Made by a program: the position numbers and the translations under genes. 32,000 bases of DNA from assembly GCF_000400465.1 (NCBI RefSeq), contig NW_008806278.1, positions 292,592-324,591 of the forward strand, written 5' to 3'. Positions 21,483 to 31,831 of this stretch are shown in pieces. Under the pieces are notes generated by a model, which was not told the DNA's origin, did not search any database, and worked only from the letters and a program-made list of their open reading frames with translations. Position 1 is the first letter of the stretch; every line of letters begins with the position of its first letter. This DNA comes from Wallemia ichthyophaga EXF-994 (taxonomy: Eukaryota > Fungi > Basidiomycota).

Positions 21483-22878
21483 ATGGGCATGGCTAGGCGT
21501 ATACAACAGTCACTCAAGATGGATGCAACTGCAGCTGCGCACGCCAACCACCCCAAACACCTCAAACACCGGGTGAACCTTGAAGCAGAACAAATACACG
21601 CTGCAGGCACGTCACAGCCGACATCGGCGACTTCGTCATCATCGTCGACTGGCTACTACGGTAGCGTGGCCAAGCCTGATTTTGGTATTTCAAGTCTGTC
21701 GCTGGGCACGCTCGCGCACCACACTCTACCTGACAAGATTCGCACTGCTGCCCGACACGGCTACAGTGGCATAGAGATATTTATACCGGATTTCGAAGAT
21801 TTCATTAGGCAGTGTGGATTGGGTATGCATCCGGAGGTATTGAAGGGACATGTCCATTCGCATCTGCACCAAGAGAAGGAGGTAGACGGTGTACGCGTTG
21901 CATACAGCGCACAAAGCGCAAATATTGCCCAATCCTTCGAGCAGAGCTGTGCAGCTGCTATATCAACTCTCTGTCGACAGAATTCACTCAAAATTCATTG
22001 CCTGCAACCGTTGCGAGATTTCGAGAACATCGGGGATTGCCATGTGAAGCTGGGGTACGCGCTGAAAAAGGCGGAGCGCTACCTACAACTGATGCGCAGT
22101 CTCGACACGGATCTGCTGCTCATCTGCTCGAACAACCTCGCACCACTCGATCCGCTAGCAGCGGCTGGTGCTTCGTATCGCAAATACAGAGATGCACAGG
22201 TGAACGCATTGCAAGCCCTGGGCAGACGAGCGGAGCAACTCCACCTCCGCATCGGCTACGAGCCCCTCGCGTGGGGCACTGTCGTCAATTCGTGGTCTCA
22301 GGTCTGGGATATCGTTCAGCGCGTTGATTTGGCCAGCGTAGGCGTCGTATTGGATACTTTCAATTCTCTGTGAGTAACGGAGTGGTGTGTGCTCAGCGCA
22401 GCTACGCCTCGTCTTGTTTGCTCACCGCTCAACACTCACACATAACTCCAGGGCATCCTTCTACGCCGATCCCTCCAGTCCAACGGGCGTAAAGGAGGGA
22501 ATGACTGTCGATATGCTGTACGACTATCTGGGGGAGATATTCGACACCATCCCCCCACATAAACTGTTCCTGCTGCAGATCGCAGACGCTGAGAGAGCCC
22601 GAGAGGGAAGGATGTGGCACGCGTCGCGTAACGCGCCTGCACGCATGAAGTGGTCGCGCTCAGCCCGACTTTTCCCGTGCGAGGAAGGCAGAGGCGCTTA
22701 TCTCCCGCTCGAGGATTTCGTGCGCACGATCATGCATGCCGGCTACGTAGGGCCGTGGTCGACAGAGGTGTATTCCAGCTGCCTCGAGAGCGATGAGGTG
22801 AATGCGCCGTCTGTCCTCGCCAAGCGGGGAATCGATGGTCTGCAGAAGCTGTATATGCGTGTAGCGCGTAGCATGTAA
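21483..22878 (+). CDS. 3-dehydroshikimate dehydratase-like (qa-4/QutC family; xylose-isomerase-like TIM barrel), 2 exons, ~437 aa; exact start uncertain
   Basis: Exons 21483-22369 and 22452-22878 (82-nt intron). Family motifs: ISSLSLG, GYSGIEIF, LQPLRDFE, IGYEPLAWG, LDTFN, YADPSSPTG, LQIAD, RMKWSRSARLFP, WSTEVY. TATA-like TATAAAA at 21301. Confidence 0.75.
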
Positions 22879-22961
22879 CGTATGAGGCGACGGACACTGC
22901 CATTTATGAAAAATTAAATTTCTTTTACCTAGTTTTCTTCTTTGTTTACTTCAACCATCAC

Positions 22962-25201
22962 ATGGACACAGCCGCGGCCCGGCGGATCAACAAGAACCCA
23001 AACGCACTAAAGCGTGGATTGGCATGCTTTACATGCCGACGGAGGAAGATGGTGGGTTCTGTCGTGCCTGTGCAATTCATCGACATCTCACGCGCATCGA
23101 TCGATTAGAAATGTGACGCAGGTGAATTTGCTCCTTCATTGGCAACCATCACTCTCTTACGCTAACGCTCACGCTTCCAGCCAAGCCCGCCTGTGGCCCT
23201 TGCGCGAAAAGCCGCCAGAAATGCATCTACCCCGAGCCCGGTAGCGACGACAGGGATAGGCACGAGCAGGGGATTAAGCGTAAGAACAAAGTCAAGGACC
23301 TGGAAGATAAGATACAGACGCTCGAAAAAGATGTGTTGAAGTGGAGTACTGTGGGTGTGGCAGGTATAGCGGGTATAGCGGGTACAGCGGGTGCAACCAG
23401 CACAGCCAACGCATACAACCACCAGCTCTACGACACATCCCTTGGCATTCCAAACTGGAATCCTTACTACCCTCCACTTGACCTAACGCTGCACCTCCTC
23501 AACACCTTCTTCAACGCCTGTCCGATAGTCGCGGGTTTCTTACACAGACCCAGCTTCATGCAGCGCGCGATGCTGCCTTGCTCACACCCAGATGCTCCCC
23601 CTTCAGCCTTGATGCACGCCATCTTCTGCTCAGCTAGCAGACACTCCCCTAGGACCACTAATCCCGTTGCTATCCCGCGCCACAGCGAATGCAATCCGTT
23701 TACTACCTTCAACCCACCCAGCACTTTCTTGGAGGTGCACGCCCGCCTCGCCAGTGACGCTATTGAGACTGAGACAGTGTCTAACAGCACCCTTACTCAA
23801 AAGGCAGAGGCTTTACAAGCTTTGATTATCATGTCCCACTTTTTTCACATTGAAGATCGATGGGTAGGTAGGTAGATTAGAGGTGAACCATTCTAACATG
23901 CACACTCATGCACACAGGCTGACCATTATCGCATCAATGTCATGTGTATTCGCGGCACGGTCGTTCTTCGTTTGCATCTGGATATGGAGATGACCCCAAA
24001 CCGCGCACTTCTAGCACCACCCCGGAATGACATTGAGAGGGAGTGCCGCAAATTCACTTTCTTTCTCGCGTACATTTTTGATACACTCTACTCAAGCATA
24101 TCAAGTACATATCCATCCAACATTGCCGACGACGAGATACTTACAAAGCTACCAATCAAAACGTCCGACTATGATAGTCTGTCGCCTAGTCAGTCTATCC
24201 CCGAATACAACCAGCACATCGACGACCAAGACTTCTTCACCGAGCATGAAGCCGATGGATTCCACTTTGTCATTAAATCCTCAGTGCTCCTCGCGCGCGT
24301 GAACAGGTTCAAGCACGTATGCGAGCGAGATGTACTTAAGCAGGGCTTGCAATCAGCCAACCAGTTGGGGTCATTCAGTGAACTCGACAGGCTGATCTTG
24401 CGCTACAGGACATCAGTGCCTGACAGCTGGGTAGATTCTGTGCAAATAGTCGACGGTGGGCTAGACATTGGTATCTACCTGGCTCACTTGGTCGGTATCA
24501 AGGCTATGATGAGTCTGCATAGTGGCTTTATCCATGATAGTTTTTCGAGGAAGAGGTTAATGACGTGCGCGCGTATCATCATGAGTACCATTTACAGACT
24601 CCTCGGGACGAGTTGGGATCTGTGCAAGCTGCCTAGTTACGTAGTGTCTATCTATAATGACGCAAGCGATATCCTGATCGCTGCCTATCTTCACGCTGCT
24701 AAAACTCGCGATAATGACGCTGCACAGTTGGTCATGTCTGAGTTGGCTACTATTGCTGAAGTTTATCGGAGGATGTCTGAGCGTATCCCTGTAGCTCTCT
24801 CTGCGCTGAGCAAGTTGCACAACAAGTTGGACATGAATGGCATCGAGAAAGGTATGGGTGGTATGGGTGGTGTGGGTAGTGTAAGTACTGCCGCTACCAC
24901 TACTTCCGCTAGCCATACTGTCTCTTCATCCGCTTCCCAACCCACATCGCAATTTGATCATACTCATTTCAACGACGCTCTCCTTGAGCAGCTGGCATTC
25001 GAGACGATTGCGCCTTCACCTAACGCTTACTCCGCCTTCAACCACGAGTATATCGCCCAGAATCACTTCCATGAATTTGGTATCGCTCCAGGCACAGCTT
25101 TCACGGCAAAAGATGAATGGAGATGGATGAACATGGAAGGGGATATTAGGGATGGTGATCCTTTCAGCAGCTCATTCCATTCAATAGATGGATTTTTATA
25201 G
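22962..25201 (+). CDS. Zn(II)2Cys6 transcription factor with fungal-specific TF middle domain, 4 exons, 689 aa
   Basis: Exons 22962-23051, 23109-23121, 23181-23863, 23918-25201 (2070 nt) reconstitute LKRGLACFTCRRRKMKCDAAKPACGPCAKSRQKC, a KVKDLEDKIQTLE coiled coil, FLHRPSF and ERECRKFTFFLAYIFD. The ORF track missed the DNA-binding domain because it is split by introns. Confidence 0.9.
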
Positions 25202-25251
25202 ATGATTCCCTTTCTTATGTATACATTGTATTTCTATGATAAATTTTTATG

Positions 25252-26292
25252 TTACAGTGATGGCTTTGTGAAGTTGACAATATTCAGCCCATGTCTGTGT
25301 CCATTCCACCATTCATGCGCACTGATTGCGTGCTTACCGGGCGGTTTGAGCGAGTGGACACGGAGGTAAGAAGAGCGAGCGCATTTGACGACGAGGTGGC
25401 TATCAATGAGGGAAGCTGAGCCTTCCACCGCGTTTGAGAAGGTGTCTGCAACAAGGCCATCACCACCCACCACCTCCACGCTGAGTAGCTGGTGCGTAGT
25501 GTTGGACTGTACCAGTGTAGCTGATAGTGGGCGCTGATGGCTGAAAGCGCGGTGTCTGCTGTCGATAGTCTCTGCCGCCATGCAAGCAAAGTCGACAAAG
25601 CCGACAGTTCTGCCTACTTTTGGTGCGTGTGTTATACGCGCTGTGTCCTGAGCGTACGAGTGTCGGATATAATGGTCGAGATTCTCCACCACCTCGGCCG
25701 CCATCTCGCCCGCCACCAGCCCGAGCTCCTTGGCGAGAGAGGGCGTAGTAGGTCTGTGCGAGGTGGACGACGAAAGCGGGTGAGTTCTCTGCAGGAGTAT
25801 TTCTCCGCTATCGAAGACGTCGTCCTGCATTGTTTGGATGCTTACGCCTGTCTCGCGCAGCTGGCGCGCAATGGCCCACTGGATCGGCGCTGCGCCTCTC
25901 AGTGCCGGCAGGAGGGACGGGTGGACATTGATGGCGTGTTGCGGGCGCACGGCGCGCAGCAGCTCGGTGGGCAGCAGGTGTCCGTATGAGGCTGTCAGTA
26001 TGACGTCGAGTGCGGGCAGGTGGCTGGCCATATGCGGTAGCTCACCGGCAGTGGGTGTGTATGTAGGGAGTTGCAGCTGTTGCGATTGCTCCAGTAGCGG
26101 CGGCACGCGTAGTTGCTTCTTTCCTCGCCCCGTTCTAGCTGGTGCTGGTGTGATGACTGATAGTTTGTCTACGTCTCCTCTGCCGTCGCTTTCTTGCTTA
26201 AGTCCACTACACCGCCTCCGCCATACCGCTCGCAGCACATCCACAGAAAAATCGTCACTCCCTAGGAAGAGTATGTGCAGTGGACGTCGCAT
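25252..26292 (-). CDS. FMT1: Methionyl-tRNA formyltransferase (mitochondrial type), ~346 aa
   Basis: ILFLGSDDFS, TASYGHLLP, INVHPSLLPALRGAAPIQWAI, ETGVSIQTM, FDSGEIL. First ATG is at 26292; the ORF-track start at 26304 is a TTG. Confidence 0.92.
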   Translation of the reverse strand: MRRPLHILFLGSDDFSVDVLRAVWRRRCSGLKQESDGRGDVDKLSVITPAPARTGRGKKQLRVPPLLEQSQQLQLPTYTPTAGELPHMASHLPALDVILTASYGHLLPTELLRAVRPQHAINVHPSLLPALRGAAPIQWAIARQLRETGVSIQTMQDDVFDSGEILLQRTHPLSSSTSHRPTTPSLAKELGLVAGEMAAEVVENLDHYIRHSYAQDTARITHAPKVGRTVGFVDFACMAAETIDSRHRAFSHQRPLSATLVQSNTTHQLLSVEVVGGDGLVADTFSNAVEGSASLIDSHLVVKCARSSYLRVHSLKPPGKHAISAHEWWNGHRHGLNIVNFTKPSL

Positions 26293-26846
26293 GTAGACGG
26301 TCAACCAACAAGACCCATCATACCACAGCTACCAACGCTTTCTCAACAATTGATCAATATATTCATTTTTATGGACAAGAAAGCTGTGAAAATAAAAAGA
26401 TACTTGCGTTTATTGGTGAAAGAGAAATCCGTGAAAAGGTTAAGTGGCTTGTCTAAACATACTTTACCCAATTGCCTGCTCAAGGTGACTATAACGTCAG
26501 CCACTGTCTAATAAAAACAAATCGTTGTAGCCACGGGCAGGGGGGAGGGTTTTAAGAAAGAAGAAAAAGATGAGACCAATAGTGAATGAGAGTGTTGCTT
26601 TTGAAAGATACTTCATTTCCCATATCAATCGACTCGACGCGTCTTAGAAAGAGTGAAGGGATTGACAGAGCAAATTGGGAGTTCCTTTAAAAACTATCAG
26701 AGATTTCTCTCTGGCGTTGCGTTGGCGTTTATAGGTTGAGCCATCACAGTGTCTGTGAGATTTGAGATTGTCTGGTAAAATTGCGTTAGTTTAGTGTGTT
26801 AGCCAACTAGCCACTCACTTGAATAGCGCCAGCGTAAGCTAGACCC

Positions 26847-27593
26847 TTAAGCTACTTTGTTTCTAGCTTTTTGCCTTCTAGCTATCATTTCAGCGATCGC
26901 TTGAGGAGATTGTTTCCTGGATGCTTTGGTGGGTGGACCAGCCACACCGTGAATCGACTGTGCGTGTCTAACGAGATCGTGCTTCCTGGAGAATCTCCTA
27001 CCACAACCTTCATAAGTGCACTCATGCGGCTTGACTCTGTCTGGATTATGAGTCTGAATGTGCTGCTTCAAGTTGAACTGCCTGGCGAACGCCCTAGGAC
27101 ATAGGGAGCACTTGTACTTTCTCATCGGTCCTGAGTGCGATTCATCTGAGCTGGAGGAGCTACTGGTCGAGCCAGCGCTTGAGCCCAGCCTATCCCTAGG
27201 CAGTGGTGCACTCAAGTCGAAGGATGAGCTCTCGGCCAATTCCATTTTTGCCTCCATTTCCATCCCCATTTCGAGTGGAAGTGCCGATGGCTGTGACTGC
27301 GGCGATAGCGAAGGCAGTGACGCTAGAGTAGTAAACGACGACGGAATACTGGCTGCTGTTGAAGGGTCGACACAGAAATCATCTGAAGCTCCTGTCGTTG
27401 CAGTCGTAGCTGTGCTGGGTGGTGCATGTGCATATCCGTATGGTTGATGTGATTGCTGCAAGATCCAGTCGAAGCAGAATGGGTTTTGTGTTAGATCAAA
27501 TGCTGGCGCAGCCGTGCCAAAGCCCTCACACGGGTCTAAAGAATGTATATCGAATGAGAAGACATTGTCATCGAGGTAGTCGTCGAATAACAT
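26847..27593 (-). CDS. C2H2 zinc-finger transcription factor (two C-terminal fingers), 248 aa
   Basis: CSLCPRAFARQFNLKQHIQTH and CTYEGCGRRFSRKHDLVRHAQSIH; acidic, Phe-rich N-terminus resembles an activation domain. The fingers are Crz1-like but orthology is not established. Confidence 0.88.
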   Translation of the reverse strand: MLFDDYLDDNVFSFDIHSLDPCEGFGTAAPAFDLTQNPFCFDWILQQSHQPYGYAHAPPSTATTATTGASDDFCVDPSTAASIPSSFTTLASLPSLSPQSQPSALPLEMGMEMEAKMELAESSSFDLSAPLPRDRLGSSAGSTSSSSSSDESHSGPMRKYKCSLCPRAFARQFNLKQHIQTHNPDRVKPHECTYEGCGRRFSRKHDLVRHAQSIHGVAGPPTKASRKQSPQAIAEMIARRQKARNKVA

Positions 27594-28186
27594 TCTAGTC
27601 TGTGGTGTATTGTGTTGGTAGTGCTGGAAGAAGCAAAATGTCTTTGTGATCTTTGGCCAAGGATGTTCCAGTCAAAGAATTTTAAGCTTGATCGAGCCAT
27701 TAAGGGTGGTGTGGAGCATTAGAACAGGCCCATGCAACCAAAACAAGGGAAATTCTACACAATGCTGGCTCTATTAACAGCCCTAAAACAGCCCTCTCCA
27801 TCCCCTCCTCCTTCTCTGCTCCTTCTCTGCTCCTATGCACAGCCACATTCCTGCCCACTAAAATTTTGCAGTGACTTGGAAAGGCTGATGTCATAAAGAT
27901 CGTTCCATAGACTTATCGTGAGACTTGCGAGACTTACAGCTGTGTACTGGCCTGCTGCGCAAGGCACTAGCCGATTAATGCAGCCTACACCTCAAGATGG
28001 GTGCGGAAATATAAATCACAGGAAACTGACAGCGCGGAGCATACGTCAATTTACATAAGTAATTGAAATACACAAAGCTAAAGTTTAATTCACTTGCACA
28101 GCTCATTCTTTGCTTGCCCACTTGCGCACTGATCTGCTTATACTCATACATCTCCTCAGGATATACTAAAATACCCTGAATCTTGT

Positions 28187-28196
28187 ATTACGTAAT
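28187..28196. promoter_or_regulatory. Perfect palindrome ATTACGTAAT, candidate bZIP (Yap/Atf/PAR-type) site
   Basis: Read directly in the divergent C2H2/lipase intergenic region; function is inferred from the motif only. Confidence 0.35.
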
Positions 28197-28558
28197 TATC
28201 AATTTCGCGATTTGTTATCGGGATTCCGAGACAAGTGTGTGCTCGAATTATTTGTTTTGTCTCTGAGCTCCGATAGATCGGTGGATGCGACTGGAGTGGC
28301 TGGTTCACGAAATTGTTTCTCTATATTAACATACTGCACTGCGTCCTTGTGTAAAACTAGTAACGTCAAAGCTGTTCCTAGTCGAACTTTCTCTCTTAGA
28401 TTAGCTTAGATTCCTTATCATGTATATCTTATGGCTTATGAGTGCTTTACAGACTGCGAAACTTATGGCTTTTATGTAAAACTTGTGGTATTATAAGCCA
28501 TGACACGCGTGACCTCCACCTTCCTTCCAATCGCACTCATTCTCACTCTCACTCTCGA

Positions 28559-29509
28559 ATGGGCGATATTCAAATTCACACTAGCTGGGTTTGTGTCGAT
28601 GATGGCGTAGAGCTCTACAGTAAGACGTACACGCCTACCCACCCCAAAGCACTCATTTTCTTCGTCCACGGCTTTGTTGAGCATATCGACAGATACACCC
28701 ACATCTTCCCGCAATTCGCTGGTGCTGGATATAAGGTATTTGCTTTCGACCAGAGAGGCTTTGGACGCTCAACCCACGAGAAAATCGGCAACCCCAAGCC
28801 TGGCCTCACCAACTGGAAACTCGCACTTGGAGACATCCAAAACCTTATATTCAAATTCTCCGAACAAAATGTGGGGTTGCCGCTGTTTTTAATGGGCCAC
28901 TCAATGGTATGATAATGTAATTCACAGCGAGCTTTTCTTACACTGCGACAGGGCGGTGGCCTTACGCTTGGTGCTCTGACTCGCAATCCTCACCTCAAAT
29001 TGCCAGAATTGAAGGGCGCGATCGCCATGTCGCCCCTGATAAGACTCACTAAACCACCGCCAAACTTCCTGATTAGTCTCGTGAACAAGTGCAAAGGTAT
29101 CGTCGGCAGTTTTACAATTTCTCCAATGATCAATCCTGAGGACAGAACACACGACAAGGTGGTACAGAATGCGATTGAGGAGGATGCTTTGGCTGCTAAG
29201 ACAGCTACGCTTGGTGGTGTCTGTGATATGCTGCGTTATGGCTCGCTTTTAATTTCGCAGGACTACAAATTCTACCCTTCTAATGTACCACTACTTATCT
29301 CGCATGGTGATAGTGATAATCTCAACTCATTCGAGGCTTCCAAACTGTTTATTGACTCGGTCATGGCTAGATCGAAGCAACTCAAGATATACCCCAACGC
29401 CAGACACGAGCTCTTCATGGAAGCAGGTGATCTCAAGTACGAGGTTGTCAGAGATGTAATTACATGGCTCGATGGCGTCCTCGGTGTGCCTGAAGCATCT
29501 AAATTGTAA
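28559..29509 (+). CDS. Monoglyceride lipase / lysophospholipase-like alpha/beta hydrolase (Hydrolase_4, Yju3-like), 2 exons, 301 aa, C-terminal PTS1
   Basis: Exons 28559-28906 and 28952-29509 (45-nt intron). FVHGFVEH, FDQRGFG, nucleophile GHSMGG, HGDSD (Asp), ARHEL (His); ends in SKL. Confidence 0.9.
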
Positions 29510-29651
29510 CAAGCAGTAATTGTAATATTCTTGGAAGGCGTGATCGTATATGAACACTACTCTAAATACCCTCGATGTAACAATTTCCAGCCAATAATTG
29601 ATACTTTTGAAATCCTTCTCGTCCATACCTTTATTACATCCATCACCGGCT

Positions 29652-30482
29652 ATGTCACATAAGCGAAACCTCAATCTGGCAGAGCTATACAGCATCCAAG
29701 GATCAGCTTGTATAGTCACAGGAGGTGCATCGGGCCTGGGCTATATCGTCTCGCAAACACTCGTCCAGAACGGCGCGAAAACACTTTACATTACGTCACG
29801 CAAGGTAGATCAGCTGAAGCAAGCCACTCACGAGCTACAGAAGCTGAGCCCCTCGTGTGCTGTCAAGTACATCCCTGCAGACCTCTCCTCGAAAGCTGGC
29901 GTTGATGTCGTCGTGGACCATGTCAAAGCGAGGGAAGAGCGGATCGACATTCTAGTGAATAACTCAGGCGCGACATGGGGCGCAAAGCTTGAAGATTTCC
30001 CCGAAAAGAAAGGCTTTGACAATATAATGGCACTTAATGTGAAAGCAACGTTTTACATGATTGTCGGTTTGGCAGACCTGTTGGCTAAGGGGAAGAGCAA
30101 CATCGAGCCAGCGCACGTTGTGAACGTGTCATCTGTGGCCGGAGTGGTTACGAGTGCTCAATCTGGTGGACTTGTATCGCCAGATGCGGGCTCGTGGTCT
30201 TACGGCGCTAGCAAGGCAGCTCTCAATCATCTCACCAAGACGCTCGCACAGACTCTGAGCAGGAAACATATCATGATCAATGCTGTGCTGCCTTCTGTGT
30301 TTGAAACGCGTATGACTCGCCACGCCGTCGCGGATCACATGGACGAACTCCTGTCTAGTCAGCCCACAGGCCGCCTAGGACAGGACAGCGACATTGCTGC
30401 AACCCTTCTCTTCTTGGTGAGCAGGGGCAGCTCGCATGTCACTGGTAATCTTATCGTGCTCGATGGCGGCTCGACATTGTAG
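29652..30482 (+). CDS. Classical short-chain dehydrogenase/reductase (RhlG-like fungal subgroup), 276 aa
   Basis: TGGASGLG, ILVNNSGATWG, VVNVSS, YGASK, INAVLPS, TGNLIVLDGG. First ATG is at 29652. Confidence 0.9.
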   Translation: MSHKRNLNLAELYSIQGSACIVTGGASGLGYIVSQTLVQNGAKTLYITSRKVDQLKQATHELQKLSPSCAVKYIPADLSSKAGVDVVVDHVKAREERIDILVNNSGATWGAKLEDFPEKKGFDNIMALNVKATFYMIVGLADLLAKGKSNIEPAHVVNVSSVAGVVTSAQSGGLVSPDAGSWSYGASKAALNHLTKTLAQTLSRKHIMINAVLPSVFETRMTRHAVADHMDELLSSQPTGRLGQDSDIAATLLFLVSRGSSHVTGNLIVLDGGSTL

Positions 30483-31831
30483 ATCACCAATGCAAATACC
30501 GAAGAAGTAAGTGTATTCTTGAATTAATGTATATCATTCTCGAAATTCGGGTGTAATTTTCACCTATGACGTATTCGTCATAGCACCGCAACGACTGGAA
30601 ACCTGAGAAATCTGGATATCGTTTGTAGCAGGTTTCTTCACGAGCCATTCAAGAGTGCGCCTATAGTATGTAGCATTGTATAGCGCTCGGTGCTCGTCAA
30701 ACCAGATGTGGCATGTCGCAGGGAGCGTAATTTGGTTGCTTGAAAAGCTCTTTAGACAATATCCTGCCTTCCACTACTCCAACGTGGCCTAAATCACCTT
30801 CACACCCGCATTATTTGAAATCTCGAAATGCATCAGGTGAAAAGCCAAACCCCAATTTCAGAGTTGGCCTGACCCCCTCGTTTCTTTAAATTAAGTGTAC
30901 CCAATAGGCGTGGGATGATCCGGTATGACAGTACTTTTTCCCTGGAGCCATATTTGAGTCCTGTAGACGCTACTTGTCGGAAACGTAAATCGCGTCGACA
31001 AGGTTGATCACTCAATCTTTCTGGGTTCTTGGGGTCTCTATAAGTCCGAGAAATTTTATGCATCAATTCCTTGCCTAGAATCCTCCATACACATCCTATG
31101 CGTAGTAAAGAGTGATGTCGGATTGCAACTTTTGAACATCCTACAGTGCGCGATTGAATCCTCAGGGATATAAATCTGGCATTATCTTATAAAAAGTATT
31201 CGGGGCTGTTTGTGAAGTAATTTTATTCGGAGATCATTAAAACTCGTAAATCAGTCATCTGAGATTAGATAGTTGATATGGGCGAGATCCAACTCGTTGA
31301 ATATCTAGCGGAGAGTCGAGAAAAGATTTATTTGGAATGCTAAAGGCTGTATGAAAACGATGATTATTCTGAAATGTTCAAACTGCCAGTATACGGCTTC
31401 GCTGAGTTCAACCTTGCACTTTTTTGGCCATTTGCAGAGTGATCTGAATATATCTATTTTGATAAGTTCTTACGCCTTATTAAAATTGTTTATGGACTGT
31501 TAAACCCCTCTGCTATCTCTTAGACTCGTTTTGAGGTATGTGATGCGAATCCGAATTGCAACTTAATGATAGAAGAATAAGATAAAACAAAAAGGACGAA
31601 ATTCAGCAGAAAATCGAAGCGTTTGCTTTATTACTCATCCCTGTCTGCTCAAACGCGTGGGCAACGCACCTGCAAACATTTCACACCACGCGGGGAAAGC
31701 AATGCTATGGAAACCTCATTTTACACTTTTAACACGGTGAAAGATGAATTTTCTACGTTACAAGTTACACCTATCTATTTTATCAACTGCTTTCGTCAAT
31801 CCGGACGTTATTTTAGTCGTTATAAGTTTGA

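Noticed and set aside
27886-27935. TGATGTC followed by ATCGTTCCA, a 9-nt complement of U6 snRNA, as a possible U6-guide snoRNA
   Set aside because: No correctly spaced D/D' box, no terminal stem and no flanking intron signals; a 9-nt match is expected by chance.
30480-30530. Stop-codon readthrough of the SDR to create a cryptic PTS1
   Set aside because: The context is TAG ATC, not the leaky TGA CTA, and the extension would end VFLN, which is not a PTS1.
30833-31066. 77-aa minus-strand ORF
   Set aside because: No recognisable motif or splice support; consistent with a chance ORF.
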